A stretch of DNA of 63,943 bases, the filler included, from Folioceros fuciformis (lineage: Eukaryota): the NCBI GenBank assembly GCA_049999805.1. It is 13 parts of 13 records of this genome, joined end to end, with 100 filler letters (N's around TTAATTAATTAA, not from the genome) between each part and the next. Parts side by side here need not be neighbours in the genome. Positions count along the whole stretch, not along the records: positions 59,857 to 61,771 come from JBNGIO010001407.1; positions 61,872 to 63,943 come from JBNGIO010001408.1; 11 more parts are not named here. One strand, 5' to 3'. The position numbers and the translations under genes were made by a program. Shown piece after piece: positions 60,621 through 63,943 of the stretch. The notes below the pieces were generated by a model, which was not told where the DNA came from, did no database searches, and saw nothing but the letters and a program-made list of their open reading frames with translations. Each line of letters opens with the position of its first letter. The stretch's first letter is position 1.

Positions 60621-61771
60621 TCAGACAGGGTTTAATTTGTTAATCACAAAAGAATCAATAATCCTCACCTTGAAGTGCTTGTCCCGACTTGATACAGCCG
60701 GACTCCACTGGCTCGGATGCTTCCTCAAATATGACATGAAATCATGAGGTGCGGATCTAGTTTCCGCTTCCCATTCAGGGTCAAGAATCCATTCTTTGGG
60801 GACCTGCAAGGAGTAAACCATGAAATGTGTAAGATCTTGATAAGCAAAAAAAAATTATAGACCAGACTAGACTGTACACTACGCTCAACTGCAAAACTGC
60901 GATGTGCAGCTAACCTTGTCAATAGCGAGCGTGTAAACCTCCAGATCACCGTCAGATGTGATGTGACATCTCGAAAAGGACTTGTAGTTAGCAATTCTTA
61001 AAGAAGAGAAGGCTTCATCAAAATGAAGATGAAACCAGTTGATGCAGATGTACAGATAGCTGCCGAAAACCAAGGATACCACGGGGGTGGAGAAGACCCA
61101 GTAATACAAAAAAATAGATACGTAGTACAGTAATATGGTCCCCCGAGGCAACGACCATAACCCAAGCTTGCAGATCTTGCTTCGTGTGACGGCCATTACC
61201 TGCAGGCTCATGCCCCGAAAGACGAATAAAGAACGATCTGATTGGACCATATGAAACACATCGAATGTCGAAACTCACCTCAGGCACGTCAAAGGCTGCA
61301 ATGAGGTACTTCAGGCAAGCCGGATACAACCCAAACGTCCAATACTCAATCCGCGATCGTAAACCTGTTGGATCTGGAAAATGCTCGTTCTCCTTCGAGC
61401 GGTACCAGTCGTAGAGGGTGTGAAAACCTGCACAATACAACAGCACTCCATCATGTCAGTAGTAGCAAGCTGCAACCTTGCACATACACCAAAGTCTTCT
61501 CCTCTATAGCACAGTTTACGAATTTGTGCCACTGCCCAAGATAAGCACCTGCTGTTCCCAGGAGCTTATGCCGAACACACGTCTCAACACCTAACTCCAG
61601 GAGTAACATCAGCACTAACGCAGAACTGAGATGCGCAGCCGCATGTAGCATGCCAATCGCAAGCCGCCGCTTTTTGGAAACTTTGCTCGGGACAAAGAGG
61701 ACAGCAAATATTAGTAGTCCAAGGGCCCCTGCGGCTGATACATAAGAGTGCTCCAATAGATGTAACACAGC
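60621..61771 (-). CDS. 3' exons of a conserved plant calcineurin-like metallophosphoesterase-family membrane protein, 5'-truncated
   Basis: HTLYDWYRSKENEHFPDPTGLRSRIEYWTFGLYPACLKYL, FDVPE|VMAVTR, FSTPVVSLVFGSYLYICINWFHLHFDEAFSSLRIANYKSF, VPKEWILDPEW; GT-AG introns; stop at 60621. Confidence 0.85.
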
Positions 61772-61871
61772 NNNNNNNNNNNNNNNNNNNNNNNNNNNNN
61801 NNNNNNNNNNNNNNNTTAATTAATTAANNNNNNNNNNNNNNNNNNNNNNNNNNNNNNNNNNNNNNNNNNNN

Positions 61872-62249
61872 GCATCTCTCCCCCGCCCGCCCTCCATGTC
61901 GCCCAAATCCATCCGGGCCACAGCGGCTCGCTACGCGTCGGACTCGAGGACGCTCCACTGCGCTGTGCCGGGGTCAGGCGAGGGAGATTCTGGAGCTGGC
62001 TCGAGTAGCAGGCAGGCAGAGGAATCCGCCGGCGCATCGTGTTCTCATGTATCAGGATCAGAGGAGAAAGAGGAGCGGCAGCCGGAGCCGGAGTACCTGG
62101 ACGAGGACTCCATCTTCGACACGCATAATGTGGTCAAAGGAATGGCGCAGGCGATGCTGCTGGATCACAGCTGCCCGCTTTCCTGCGACGAGGCATGGTG
62201 TGACGACGACGATGAAGACACAGCCTGGGATCCCGGGTTGTGGGATTGA
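61872..62249 (+). CDS. C-terminal half of a DREB-subfamily AP2/ERF transcription factor (AP2 domain lost at contig edge)
   Basis: LPRPPSMSPKSIRATAA is the post-AP2 motif of TINY/DREB proteins; acidic YLDEDSIFD…MAQAMLL and terminal LWD* resemble the CBF/DREB activation domain and LWS motif. Confidence 0.75.
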   Translation, partial: ASLPRPPSMSPKSIRATAARYASDSRTLHCAVPGSGEGDSGAGSSSRQAEESAGASCSHVSGSEEKEERQPEPEYLDEDSIFDTHNVVKGMAQAMLLDHSCPLSCDEAWCDDDDEDTAWDPGLWD

Positions 62250-62730
62250 AATCTTGCTTCACCGATGCTCCTACAATTCTAACTGATTCCTTTGATCTCT
62301 TTACTTCTTTGAGCTCTAGGAACGAGATTCCTGCGCTACGATCCCACCGCAATGCATTTGCAATGCGAGAAAATTCGGCCGATGGGGTGTTCAGCGAAGT
62401 GGGCTGATCGATGTGTGCGCGAGCTTCAGGTTGGTATGGACCAGCAGATAGGAGACACTTGTGTGGCTGGACGAGCCGCTATAAGTACGTCTAGCGTTTC
62501 CCGCATTCTATGTAAGGAAGGAGTTTTTGTAATTTCAAAGGAACTTCCACATATATCAAAAGCTTGGTGTGTCAGACGACAACTTGCGCAATGCAGTACA
62601 GCAGGCACGAAGGCATTGCGAGAGCTGGAAAGCAAAATGTATAGAGCTGTAGCTGCCCAACGTTCCTGCAACCCTGCAAGCACTCGCTCATGTGACATGA
62701 TGACACAAGCGTGATTCTCACAATGCAGTC

Positions 62731-62829
62731 ACCCAGATTTGGAAAGTCTACCCACTCACTGGGAGCACCGCAGAGGCAACCCAGATTTGGAAAGTCTACC
62801 CACTCACTGGGAGCCCCGCAGAGGCAACC
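62731..62829 (+). repeat. 48-bp near-perfect tandem duplication
   Basis: ACCCAGATTTGGAAAGTCTACCCACTCACTGGGAGCMCCGCAGAGGCA at 62731 and 62779. Confidence 0.92.
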
Positions 62830-62999
62830 ACAGCAGAAGCAGAGACAAGGGGACGCTGCATGAAATCGGATATAAGTGTTGACAACCAGACGTACACCAC
62901 GGGCTAGACAAGAGACCAATCAACCCCTGACAGTGGACACCGAACTCGCTGAATACAGCCAAAATAGTATCGTACACAAAAGTACAGCAATCTCCGTAA

Positions 63000-63620
63000 T
63001 TGGAACAGAAACAGCCTTATGACGTCCACATGGAACATTGAGCTGTAAAAGATGGTCCCCTGTTCCGTTACGTCCAGTTGGGACCCAGCTGCTTCACTGT
63101 GCGCTTACCTTGTCAGTCCAACCAGCAACACCTGATGAGCTAAGCCGAAATGGATTACAAACAGCCTCAATAGGTCTAGAACAATTTCAGTGACAAGTCG
63201 ATAGTTTTCTGTTTCGTCATCTCCAGTTCGCGCCTGACTGCGTCCCTGTAAAACTATACTAGTCACTGCACACATGAACCCCCGATAGAGCTATTCAAAA
63301 ATGGATCAGAAACAGCCTCATAAGGTCCACATGAAATTTTCAGTGGAAAGTCGATATTTTTCTGTTTCATCAAGTCCAGTTGGGGCCCCGCTGCTTCACT
63401 ACAAGGACTACACAATCACCCCACACACCATCACCAGGTAGATCTGAGCAGAAATGGTGAACTTCTAGAAGCGGATCAGAAACAGCCTCATGATGTCCAC
63501 AGACCTTGTTCGGTGAAAAGTCGATGTAACTTGTTTCATCACCTCCACTTGCTCTTCACCACTGATACAGCCTAACTTCCCTACGAATACTCTAGAGGAC
63601 AACCGGCATAAAGTAGATCA
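63000..63620. repeat. Degenerate tandem array of about four 150-170 bp units
   Basis: Core GGATCAGAAACAGCCTCAT…GTCCACA…AAGTCGAT…TGTTTCATCA…TCCAGTT recurs at ~63002, 63152, 63303 and 63473. Confidence 0.8.
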
Positions 63621-63943
63621 AAACAAGAAAACCCTAATCAACGCGTCTGAAACACAATAACATCCAATCGCCTTGACGCCAACATAACGCGTACCCATCA
63701 AGCCAGGAATTAGAACGGAAGTAAGGCGGCAAATCAAATTCCTGAATTACTCTGGCTGACTTTCCAGACAACCAGCAGGATAATTCACTACAAGAAACCA
63801 AAATGTTCCCGACGACTCAGGCTCTTGACCATGAAACTCCAAACCACGGTACACAACTCCAACCGTGCTCTTTCAGGTCGCCCGTTGATAGAAGGGTTTC
63901 GTCCATCAAGCACCCTAGCCGCTCGCAGCGGCATGTACACCAG

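Noticed and set aside
4808-61871. Recurrent TTAATTAATTAA flanked by N runs as a biological repeat or CRISPR-like array
   Set aside because: Identical 100-bp artificial linkers used to concatenate contigs; ORFs ending in XXX-LIN are artefacts.

Overview
Eukaryotic nuclear DNA from a land plant, not a prokaryote. Very short GT-AG introns (mostly ~70-130 nt), tight gene packing and GC-rich genes suggest a compact-genome non-seed plant such as a hornwort (inference only). The window is 13 unrelated contig pieces joined by twelve artificial 100-bp N44-TTAATTAATTAA-N44 linkers, so adjacency across linkers carries no meaning. Recognisable genes: mTERF, a divergent alpha-tubulin, a DG1-like PPR protein, TRS120/TRAPPC9, cytosolic cyclophilin, site-2 protease (M50), NADPH-cytochrome P450 reductase, organellar seryl-tRNA synthetase, TMEM208, an O-fucosyltransferase-family (GT106) gene, the 3' end of a metallophosphoesterase-family membrane protein and the 3' half of a DREB-type AP2/ERF gene. 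Mobile DNA: a Ty1/copia 5' half, an L1-type LINE split by a solo LTR, related LTR ends, and a chromovirus chromodomain remnant. The most notable observations are (1) an unannotated spliced gene at 57175-57573 encoding a signal peptide followed by tandem 25-aa Asp-Tyr-initiated, CIF/PSY-like repeats, a candidate multi-copy sulfated peptide hormone precursor; (2) a bystin-NUP93 chimeric pseudogene; (3) an alpha-tubulin lacking K40 and any recognisable acidic EEY tail; and (4) an intronless 547-codon orphan ORF.
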